Shown here piece after piece: positions 56,599-64,000 of a stretch of DNA of 64,000 nucleotides. The number at the start of each line of letters is the position of its first letter. Position 1 is the first letter of the stretch. This DNA comes from Verrucomicrobiota bacterium. GTDB lineage: Bacteria; Verrucomicrobiota; Verrucomicrobiia; Limisphaerales; JADLHS01. The position numbers were made by a program, and so were the translations under genes. The notes under the pieces are model-generated. The model saw only the letters and a list, made by a program, of their open reading frames with translations. It had not been told where the DNA came from and did no database searches. The stretch lies in the NCBI GenBank assembly GCA_031384405.1, contig JANNAO010000406.1, positions 9,759 through 73,758 on the forward strand, written 5' to 3'.

Positions 56599-56790
56599 TC
56601 GGACGCCGGAAGAATAGACAGCAAAGAAAAAACATCCAACACCAGAGAAGTGTCATTCATCAGCAACTATCGTTTTGACCTCACAGCCCTCTCTGCCTAA
56701 CGTGTTCGAGTAGAAAACGAATCGCTAGAATTGTCCGGCGGAACTCAAAGATGCAATCCGCCAGCCATCCAGCACATTGAACCACTCCTC

Positions 56791-57921
56791 ATGTTTAAGA
56801 AAATCATTCTCGGTATCATCGTTGTCGTCGTCGTGTTGGCTTCGTTGTCAGGTATCAAGGCGTTGCAGATCGGCAAGCTCATCGCCTTCGGAAAAAGTTT
56901 CAAGCAGCCTGCCGAAACCGTTTCGTCCTCGGTGGTGACGGAAGACAAATGGCCGGACACGTTGCTGACCGTGGGTTCAATCTCGGCTGTGCAGGGCGTG
57001 AAGATCACCGCAGAGATTCCCGGCACAGTCAGCACGATAGCCTTCGAGTCCGGTGCAGCGGTGGCTCAAGGTGATTTGCTTCTTAGCATGGATGTATCTG
57101 CTGAAGAGGCGCAGATGCGCGCTCTCGATGCTCAGACCGAACTGGCCAAGACCAATCTCGGTCGTGTGAAAAGTTTGCGTGAAGAAAAAACCGTTTCGCA
57201 GGCCGAGATGGACCAGGCCGAAGCCACAGTGAAACAAACGCAAGCCAACGCCGACGCCATCCGCGCGACCATCGCCAAGAAAGTTATCCGCGCACCGTTT
57301 GCCGGGCGGCTCGGCATCCGTCAGGTCAACGTCGGTCAATATCTCGAACCCGGAAAACTCATCGTCTCGTTGCAATCACTCGCGCCGGTGTATGGAGACT
57401 TTTCGCTGCCGCAGCAGGAATTTGCGCGGCTCAAGAACGGATTGACCGTGCGCGCCACGACGGACACTTATCCTGACAAACAATTCACCGGAAAGCTCAC
57501 CGCCATCAATCCTGACCTTGATGCCTCCACCCGGAGCATTCGCGTGCAGGCGACATTCGAGAATGTAGAGCAGTTGTTGCGTCCCGGAATGTTCACACGC
57601 ATGGAAATCGTTTTTGCCGAAGAGCGGGAGGTTCTGGTCATTCCGGCCACATCCATCCTCAGCGCGCCTTATGGAGATTCTGTTTTTGTGATTGAGCCGA
57701 GCACCGCGACGAACGCTGCACCGGGCGAAATGGTCGTCCGCCCGCAACTCGTCCGCGTCGGCCAGGCGCGCGGCGACTTCATCACCATCACCTCGGGTTT
57801 GAAAGTCGGTGAGCGAGTGGCAACTTCCGGCGTCTTCAAGCTCCGCAAGGGCACTACCGTCCTAGAGAACAACACCATCACACCGCGCTCGAACAAGAAG
57901 CCCAATCCGTCGGATAGCTGA
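56791..57921 (+). CDS. RND efflux periplasmic adaptor (membrane fusion protein)
   Basis: Start trimmed to the ATG at 56791 (MFKKIILGIIVVVVVLASL). It has a biotinyl-lipoyl-like segment, a coiled-coil hairpin (AEEAQMRALDAQTELAKTNL...EATVKQTQANADAIRATIAKK) and IRAPFAGRLG. Confidence 0.9.
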   Translation: MFKKIILGIIVVVVVLASLSGIKALQIGKLIAFGKSFKQPAETVSSSVVTEDKWPDTLLTVGSISAVQGVKITAEIPGTVSTIAFESGAAVAQGDLLLSMDVSAEEAQMRALDAQTELAKTNLGRVKSLREEKTVSQAEMDQAEATVKQTQANADAIRATIAKKVIRAPFAGRLGIRQVNVGQYLEPGKLIVSLQSLAPVYGDFSLPQQEFARLKNGLTVRATTDTYPDKQFTGKLTAINPDLDASTRSIRVQATFENVEQLLRPGMFTRMEIVFAEEREVLVIPATSILSAPYGDSVFVIEPSTATNAAPGEMVVRPQLVRVGQARGDFITITSGLKVGERVATSGVFKLRKGTTVLENNTITPRSNKKPNPSDS

Positions 57922-57959
57922 ACCGTAAACCTCCGTGCTGGTTCAGCTCTGTAAATGAG

Positions 57960-58054
57960 AACATTCAACATTCAACATCCAACTCTCAACATCCAAAGAT
58001 GCGCACGCGGATGGCTGTTGAGCGTTTGGAGTTGGGTGTTCGATGTTCGATGTT
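57960..58054. repeat. long imperfect hairpin between the MFP and RND genes
   Basis: aacattcaacattcaacatccaactc (57960..57985) pairs with gagttgggtgttcgatgttcgatgtt (58029..58054). Of 26 positions, 2 are mismatches and 3 are T:G wobble-type. Each arm contains a short tandem repeat (acattca x2 / gttcgat x2). Confidence 0.7.
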
Positions 58055-58073
58055 TCCCCATTTTCCACCTCAC

Positions 58074-61000
58074 ATGAAATCGTTCACCGACATCTTCATC
58101 CGCCGTCCGGTGCTGGCCATCGTGGTCAATCTGGTGATCCTCATCGCCGGATTCCAATCCATCCGCTCGCTTGTGGTCCGCCAATATCCGCGTAGCGAGA
58201 ATGCCACTGTCACTGTCACTACGGCTTACATCGGCGCGAGCGCGGAGCTTGTTCGCGGATTCATCACGCAGCCGCTTGAGCGCGCCATCGCCGCCGCCGA
58301 CGGGATTGAGTATCTCCAGTCCAGCAGCGAGCTGGGCTTGTCCACCATCACCGCGCGGCTCAAGTTGAACTACGACGCAACCAAGGCGCTCTCCGAAATC
58401 AGTTCCAAGGTGGACCAGGTGCGGCGCGATCTTCCGCCGGAAGCCGAAGTGCCGATCATCAATGTTGAATCTGCCGACTCGCGCTTCGCTTCCGCGTATC
58501 TCAGTTTCTCGTCGGAGATACTCGAAGCGAATCAGATCACGGATTATCTCGTGCGTGTTGTCCAGCCGCGTCTCTCGGCGTTGCCCGGCGTGCAACGCGC
58601 GGACATTCTCGGCGGACGCACCTTCGCCATGCGCGTGTGGCTCAAGCCGGATCGCCTCGCCGCGCTCGGCATCAGCCCGGATGAAGTCCGCCAATCTCTC
58701 GCCAAGAACAATTTCCTCTCCGCCATCGGACGCACCAAAGGCGCATTGATGCAGGTCAACCTTACGGCCAACACCGATCTGCGGTCTGTGGAGGAGTTCA
58801 AAAATCTCGTGCTGAGGCAGAGTGGCGACACGCTGGTGCGATTGAGCGATGTGGCGGATGTCGCGCTTGGCGCGGAGGATTACGACACCGAGGTGCGCTT
58901 CAGCGGTGAGCGAGCGGTGTTCATGGGCGTCTGGGTTTTGCCGAACGCCAATTCACTCGACGTCATAAAACTCGTCCGTGCGGAGATGGACGCGATACAA
59001 ACTGATTTGCCCACCGGATTGAAGGGACGCGTGGCATTCGATGCAACGAGCTATATTGACGATGCGTTGAGCGAGGTCATCAAGACGCTCTCCGAAACAC
59101 TCGTCATCGTGGCCGTCGTGATCTTCCTGTTCCTTGGTTCGCTGCGCTCGGTGTTGATTCCACTGGTGGCGATCCCCGTCTCACTCATCGGGGCAGTGTT
59201 CCTGATGCAGATTTTTGGGTTCACGCTGAACCTGCTCACGCTGCTCGCCATCGTGTTGTCCGTCGGTCTGGTCGTGGACGACGCCATCGTGATCGTGGAG
59301 AACGTGGAGCGCCACATCCGAGCCGGCCAGAAACCTCTGCACGCCGCGCTGCTTGGGGCGCGCGAACTCGTCGGGCCGATCGTCGCCATGACGATCACGC
59401 TCGCGGCGGTGTATGCGCCCATCGCATTTCAAGGCGGACTCACGGGATCGCTGTTTCGCGAATTTGCGCTGACGCTCGCCGGGGCGGTGATCATCTCCGG
59501 CGTCGTGGCACTCACGCTGTCGCCCGTGATGGCGGCTTACTTGTTGGATGCAAAGAGCGAGGAGCAAGGATTCACCGGCAAGATCAACCGCGCGTTTGAC
59601 CGGTTGAAAAACTTCTACGGACGCATCCTTGACGCCACTTTGAATGCGCGTCCGCTGGTTTATGTCATCTGGATCGGGCTGTCGCTGCTCACGATTCCGA
59701 TGTTCATGATGGCGGCCAAGGAACTCGCGCCGGTTGAAGATCAAGGATTCGCCTTCACGCTCGTCGAGGCTGCGGCGGATGCGACGATTGATCAGACCGC
59801 GCACTACACCGATGAGTTGCGGAAGGAATTGCTCAAGGTGCCGGAAGCCAAACAAACCTTTCAAATCACGTTTCCCGACGGCGGCTTCGGCGGACTCGTG
59901 CTCAAACCGTGGGGCGAACGCCAGCGCACAGTGTTTGAAGTCGTAGCAGGATTGCAGACCAACGTGGCGAAGATTCCCGGAGTCCGCGTGATGCTCATCG
60001 CGCCACCTGCATTGCAGGGAGGCGGAGATTTCCCGGTGGAATTTGTTTTGTGCAGCACGGCAGACCCGGAACAGATTTTGGAGTTCGCCCAGCAATTGCA
60101 GATGAAAGCCGCCACCAACGGCATGTTCGCCTTCCCGCCGATCATTGATACGAAGATAGACCAACCGGAAGTCGAGCTCGTGCTCGATCACGACAAGGTC
60201 GCCGCGCTCGGCCTCGACATGCGGCAGGTCAGCGCCGATCTCGCCGCGCTCGTGAGCGGTAATTTTGTGAACCGCTTCAACCTCGGCGGACGAGCCTACA
60301 AGGTGATTCCCCAGCTCAAACGCGTGGAACGACTCAACGCATCTCAGCTCGAAAGCCATTACGTCAAAGGACCCGGCGGCGAACTCGTTCCACTCAGCAC
60401 GTTCGCGCGGTTCGAGAAAAAGACGACACCTCGCGCGTTGAATCGCTTCCAACAGTTGAACGCCGTGAAGATTTCCGGCGTGGCGATCCAGCCGCTGGAT
60501 GTCGCGCTCAAGTTCCTCGAAGAAGAAGCCGCGAAGATTTTGCCGAAAGGCTACGTGCTGGATTACACAGGCGAATCACGACAGTTGCGTACGGAAGGAA
60601 ACAAGTTTCTGCCTGCGTTCGCGTTCTCGGTCGTCCTGATCTTTCTGGTGCTGGCCGCGCAGTTCAACAGCTTCCGTGATCCGTTCATCATCCTGCTCGG
60701 CTCGGTGCCGCTGGCGATGTTCGGCGCGCTGATCTTCTGCTTCCTCAAGTTCCCGAATCCGAACATGAATTTTTGGACAGATGGTTGGACGACCACGCTG
60801 AACATCTACGCGCAGGTCGGACTCGTCACGCTCATCGGACTCGTGTCGAAGAACGGCATCCTGATCGTGGAGTTTGCAAACGAACTTCAACGCGGTGGCA
60901 AAACAAAACTCGAAGCCGTGCGCGAGGCGACGTTGACGCGGCTGCGTCCCGTGTTGATGACGAGCGTGGCGACGGTGTGCGGACATTTCCCCCTCACGTT

Positions 61001-61166
61001 GGTGAGCGGTGCGGGCGCGGCGGCACGCAACTCCATCGGCATCGTCGTCGTGGCGGGCATGGCCTTGGGAACGATCTTCACACTGCTGGTGATTCCGGCG
61101 ATCTACATTCTCATCGCGAAGGAACACGGTGGAGAAGAAGCTGGGGAAATTGGGAAGAATGTATAG
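58074..61166 (+). CDS. RND (HAE1-type) efflux transporter permease
   Basis: Start trimmed to the ATG at 58074 (MKSFTDIFIRRPVLAIVVNLVILIAG). About 1030 aa with a 12-TM AcrB/MexB-like organisation and GLVVDDAIVIVENVERH. Confidence 0.95.
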   Translation: MKSFTDIFIRRPVLAIVVNLVILIAGFQSIRSLVVRQYPRSENATVTVTTAYIGASAELVRGFITQPLERAIAAADGIEYLQSSSELGLSTITARLKLNYDATKALSEISSKVDQVRRDLPPEAEVPIINVESADSRFASAYLSFSSEILEANQITDYLVRVVQPRLSALPGVQRADILGGRTFAMRVWLKPDRLAALGISPDEVRQSLAKNNFLSAIGRTKGALMQVNLTANTDLRSVEEFKNLVLRQSGDTLVRLSDVADVALGAEDYDTEVRFSGERAVFMGVWVLPNANSLDVIKLVRAEMDAIQTDLPTGLKGRVAFDATSYIDDALSEVIKTLSETLVIVAVVIFLFLGSLRSVLIPLVAIPVSLIGAVFLMQIFGFTLNLLTLLAIVLSVGLVVDDAIVIVENVERHIRAGQKPLHAALLGARELVGPIVAMTITLAAVYAPIAFQGGLTGSLFREFALTLAGAVIISGVVALTLSPVMAAYLLDAKSEEQGFTGKINRAFDRLKNFYGRILDATLNARPLVYVIWIGLSLLTIPMFMMAAKELAPVEDQGFAFTLVEAAADATIDQTAHYTDELRKELLKVPEAKQTFQITFPDGGFGGLVLKPWGERQRTVFEVVAGLQTNVAKIPGVRVMLIAPPALQGGGDFPVEFVLCSTADPEQILEFAQQLQMKAATNGMFAFPPIIDTKIDQPEVELVLDHDKVAALGLDMRQVSADLAALVSGNFVNRFNLGGRAYKVIPQLKRVERLNASQLESHYVKGPGGELVPLSTFARFEKKTTPRALNRFQQLNAVKISGVAIQPLDVALKFLEEEAAKILPKGYVLDYTGESRQLRTEGNKFLPAFAFSVVLIFLVLAAQFNSFRDPFIILLGSVPLAMFGALIFCFLKFPNPNMNFWTDGWTTTLNIYAQVGLVTLIGLVSKNGILIVEFANELQRGGKTKLEAVREATLTRLRPVLMTSVATVCGHFPLTLVSGAGAAARNSIGIVVVAGMALGTIFTLLVIPAIYILIAKEHGGEEAGEIGKNV

Positions 61167-61195
61167 GGCTGATGCCATTCAGAAATTCATTCTGA

Positions 61196-61526
61196 GAATC
61201 CCAAAGGGATTCAATCCTTCAGCTCCGTAGGGGCGACATATTTATAGTAACCGCCCCAGAGAAGACAAATCTCTGTAGTACCGACATGATCCCGTTTATG
61301 CCGCCCCTACGGGGCTATGGCGTTTGTGCGTAGCGTTTCTATAAATATGCCACTCCTACGGAGTTCACCGAAACACCGCACAGTCATTCCAACGAGTTTC
61401 TTCAAAATTCAATGACAGTGGGGTAGCTCGTTCCTCGCAACCGCTGGGCTAGATGATTCAACCCCGTTGGGGTTGGGGCGCGGGCCGCGTTATTGCGTGG
61501 AAGACAACGGCGGTCACAGACCGCCG
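61196..61526. repeat. composite intergenic repeat region
   Basis: Hairpin gaatccc-aaa-gggattc at 61196..61212. The 23-nt inverted repeat ccgtaggggcgacatatttatag (61225..61247) / ctataaatatgccactcctacgg (61339..61361) has 3 mismatches. An extra gcccctacgg lies at 61303..61312. Hairpin cggcggt-cacag-accgccg at 61508..61526. Confidence 0.6.
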
Positions 61527-61533
61527 CTACAGG

Positions 61534-62160
61534 TCACTCACTCCACGGATTCACGCTGAGGTCGGCGAAGAAATCGAGTTCCTTGGATCGGAAGCCGTAG
61601 CGTTGAGACGTGCCGCTGTCCACGACGCGGAGTTTGAATTCTTCCGTGCGATCAATCTTGGGCGGACTGAGTTTGCAGGTGAGTCCGGCGTCGCACAGGT
61701 TGGATTTGAAATTGCCGACGAGCATGTTGCATAACTCGCCGATGACGTCGTTGGCGGTGGCGGGGTCTTCCATGTCCGCAGCGGTGAGGCCGAGCAGGCG
61801 TTCGCCGAGCACGGGCACGAAGGCGTTTGGCAATCGCAGATGAACAAGTCCGGTGGCTTTGCCGGAGAAGCTGACTTCACCGAGCACATGTTCTTTCTTG
61901 AACGGATCAAGCATCGTCGGCAGCAGCGATTTCAATTCAATCTTGAGCATCAGCGCGAAGGATTTATGGACGGCTTTGATGAGTGGATCGCTCATGGCGA
62001 GTAGCAATGCGCTGCTCATGCCGGTGCGTTCGAGTGCATCCATCGCGTTTTCATCCGCGCGCATGGCGAAGATCGCCCAACCTGGGGACGTCCCGGCTTC
62101 CAGAGCGATCACATCGGCGACGTGGACAACGGCGTCGGCGTCATCGAGCAGCTCCAGCAA
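61534..62160 (-). CDS. CheX-like chemotaxis phosphatase-fold protein
   Basis: The C-terminal ~150 aa match the CheX pattern (VLGEVSFSGKATGLVHLRL..., DVIGELCNMLVGNFKSNL). The long form (208 aa) keeps coding-like codon usage. An alternative start at ATG 61995 would give 153 aa. Confidence 0.7.
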   Translation of the reverse strand: MLELLDDADAVVHVADVIALEAGTSPGWAIFAMRADENAMDALERTGMSSALLLAMSDPLIKAVHKSFALMLKIELKSLLPTMLDPFKKEHVLGEVSFSGKATGLVHLRLPNAFVPVLGERLLGLTAADMEDPATANDVIGELCNMLVGNFKSNLCDAGLTCKLSPPKIDRTEEFKLRVVDSGTSQRYGFRSKELDFFADLSVNPWSE

Positions 62161-62190
62161 CGCCGCCGTCCGAAAACGTTTTCAAAATTG

Positions 62191-63345
62191 TCACCCCTGA
62201 ATGTGGATCGGCAATCTTAAACCAGAAATCGAAGCGAAATTCCGTAATCGTTCTAGGATGAGCGGGGTGATCTTGGTGCCTGCCCCGACGATCAAAATGT
62301 CCTGCTTGGTCACGATGTCGGCGGACAACACATGCCCGGGGCGCAACTCCGGAAAATCCAAGGCTACGGGACTCTTGACTGCGGCTTCGGGCTGGCTCCT
62401 TGTTGCGAGTTCAAAACAACGCGCCACGGCGTCGAGCACTGTCAGATCATAAACGCCCGTGTGTTGGCGCAACTGCTCCAGCGCCTTGAACTGTGGGATT
62501 TTTTTTGCTTCGAGTTGTGCAAGGTAGGCGAGCACACGGATGATGCGGGCTTCAAGCGGGATTTCATCGCCCGTGATCGTGTCGGATGGAAATCCAGTGC
62601 CGTCGTAGTTTTTATTCTGATAGAGAACGATGCGAGCGACGGCTTCAAGGCGGGGAATCTTGCTCAAAAGATCGTGGCCTACTTGCGGCACCCGTGCGAC
62701 CGCGTCTTTTTCCGGCCCGGTCAGATTTTCCTCCATCCGCGCTTTCTGGTTCAACTCAGCGGGCAGACTCACGCAGCCGATGGGGCACAGCATGGCTGCC
62801 AGATCAAGTTCCCAAGTGGACTTGAGTTCCAACACTTCCGCCACCTGCCGGGCTTGATCGCGCACGGCTTGACCGCGCCCGAATGAAGCGGGATCGGAGA
62901 GCGAAAGGATTTCCATCAGCACCTTCACGCTGCCGTTGAGCGTGTTCTCCAGCAGTTCGCGCTCGGCGGTGACGAGGCGGTATTGTTTGATGCCACCGGT
63001 CAGTACTTCTGCCAGACGCTCCGGCGGACAGGGTTTATTGAGGAACTTATAAATCTGTCCCCGGTTCACCGCGTCGGTGGCCGTCTTCTGATCGGCGTTA
63101 CCGGTGAGCATGACGCGGACGGTATCGGGATATTTCTGGCGCGTGATGTTGAGGAACTCGACCCCGCTCATGCCCGGCATCTGCATGTCGGACACAATGA
63201 CGGCGTAGGGACAATCTTTTTCGATCATCTTGAGCGCGGCGAGCGCGCCGACGGCGGTATCAATGTCGAATTGTTTGCGCAGATTGCGCGTGATGCCGGT
63301 GAGGATGTTCGCGTCGTCGTCAACGCATAGGACTTTATTGCTCAT
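62191..63345 (-). CDS. response regulator: REC domain + degenerate HD-GYP domain
   Basis: REC: VLCVDDD...VIVSDMQMPGMSG...KPC. In the HD-GYP-like domain, AAMLCPIGC replaces LHDIGK, LYQNKNYDGTGFP replaces HHExxDGxGYP, and VLAYLAQL replaces the DxxDAL region. Confidence 0.8.
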   Translation of the reverse strand: MSNKVLCVDDDANILTGITRNLRKQFDIDTAVGALAALKMIEKDCPYAVIVSDMQMPGMSGVEFLNITRQKYPDTVRVMLTGNADQKTATDAVNRGQIYKFLNKPCPPERLAEVLTGGIKQYRLVTAERELLENTLNGSVKVLMEILSLSDPASFGRGQAVRDQARQVAEVLELKSTWELDLAAMLCPIGCVSLPAELNQKARMEENLTGPEKDAVARVPQVGHDLLSKIPRLEAVARIVLYQNKNYDGTGFPSDTITGDEIPLEARIIRVLAYLAQLEAKKIPQFKALEQLRQHTGVYDLTVLDAVARCFELATRSQPEAAVKSPVALDFPELRPGHVLSADIVTKQDILIVGAGTKITPLILERLRNFASISGLRLPIHIQG

Positions 63346-63348
63346 AAT

Positions 63349-64000
63349 TCAATTGGCGGTGGATTCACAAAGTTCTTTTTTCCAGCCGGTCGCGTGGTCG
63401 CCCAGCGAGAGGCGGCCCAAATAATCCAAATCCCATGCAGGCAGTGTGTCACTGCCGGACTTCACGAGCGCGTTGGCGGCGTGAACGGCGGTCAATGGCG
63501 TGAAGGCCGCGTCAGCACTCAGCTTGGGATGATGATGCAGCGCAATGGCGTCCACCACCTGCACAGGCAAGCCCCACAAGCCGAGCAGATAGCCGCCCAC
63601 GTCCGCGTGATTCGCCCCGAAAGCGTCCTGTTCCGCGACGAGCAAATCCGCGCCTTGTTCCTTGGCGGCGAGAATGGTCTTGCCGTATTGATCCGGGAAG
63701 TTGAACGCGAGAACAGTTTTACCCGTATCGTGCAATAAACCAGCCACGAAGGCTTGATCCACGGTTTTCAAATCGGCTTTCTCCAATTGCGCGATGCGTT
63801 TAGCAGCGGCGGCGGTGCTGAGGCTGTGACTCCACAACGCAGGCAATGAAAACCCATCGGTCTTGACCGATTCGTATTGTGCGAAAGCGTTGAGTGAAAG
63901 CACGAGCGACTTGATCGTATCCAAACCCAGGAAAGCAACCGCTTCCGCAGGATTGGAGACTTCACGACGCAAGCCGAAGAACGCGGAGTTGACGAGCTTG
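63349..64000 (-). CDS. HDOD domain protein (N-terminus beyond the right edge)
   Basis: The frame stays open to position 64000 (…LVNSAFFGLRREVSNPAEAVAFLGLDTIKSLVLS…). LLHDTGKTVLAF and the overall pattern are HDOD-like. It ends 3 nt before the response regulator start. Confidence 0.8.
   Translation of the reverse strand, partial: KLVNSAFFGLRREVSNPAEAVAFLGLDTIKSLVLSLNAFAQYESVKTDGFSLPALWSHSLSTAAAAKRIAQLEKADLKTVDQAFVAGLLHDTGKTVLAFNFPDQYGKTILAAKEQGADLLVAEQDAFGANHADVGGYLLGLWGLPVQVVDAIALHHHPKLSADAAFTPLTAVHAANALVKSGSDTLPAWDLDYLGRLSLGDHATGWKKELCESTAN

Noticed and set aside
59181-60452. 423-aa minus-strand ORF inside the RND permease gene (also 57972..58694 and 60576..61178)
   Set aside because: Its Arg/His/Glu-rich low-complexity translation is typical of antisense frames in high-GC DNA. 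The plus-strand frame is an unambiguous AcrB-type protein.
61167-61533. tRNA, tmRNA, SRP RNA or other known ncRNA in the long gene-free spacers (also 14414..14876 and 42211..42553)
   Set aside because: I could find no cloverleaf with T-loop GTTCRANNC, no SRP-like GGAAG hairpin motif, and no RNase P-like conserved blocks. The sequences are explained by hairpin repeats.

Overview
GC-rich chromosomal window. By inference only, it looks like a PVC-group (Verrucomicrobiota-like) bacterium: it has a PEP-CTERM protein, a prepilin-type [24 protein letters not shown] protein, and several families of GC-hairpin intergenic repeats. About 50 protein genes are supportable. Most are housekeeping or envelope functions: fliW (partial), hisD, a type-B sdhCAB operon plus rsmD, psd-pssA, adenine deaminase, lpxD, ychF, moeA, dnaN, a cysteine desulfurase, an RND efflux pair, three HtrA/Deg-type proteases and an S8 protease. 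I found no rRNA, tRNA or CRISPR array.

Observations worth a second look, roughly in order of interest:
1. An accessory islet at about 10.1-14.7 kb. It holds an XRE/ImmA-IrrE metalloprotease and a DUF4411 PIN-like gene (4-nt overlap). These face an 879-aa Mrr-like nuclease + SF2 helicase with three C-terminal W-rich repeats, and the islet ends at a remnant of a DUF2851 gene.
2. An ORF6N-domain gene inserted between sdhA and sdhB. It carries a 21-25 bp palindrome three times: twice in frame inside its own CDS and once inverted just upstream.
3. A tightly coupled five-gene envelope operon: ABC ATPase, ABC-2 permease, GldG-like, DUF4340 and a roughly 1000-aa AsmA-like protein.
4. A translationally coupled active/inactive Deg-protease pair.
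5. A DUF455 (di-iron, ferritin-like) protein fused to an ATP-grasp-like domain.
6. An AT-rich cluster of DnaA-box-like sites upstream of dnaN, with no dnaA alongside.
7. A signalling cluster of HDOD, REC + degenerate HD-GYP, and CheX-like genes.

All homology calls come from reading the translated ORFs and recognising motifs. No database search was run.
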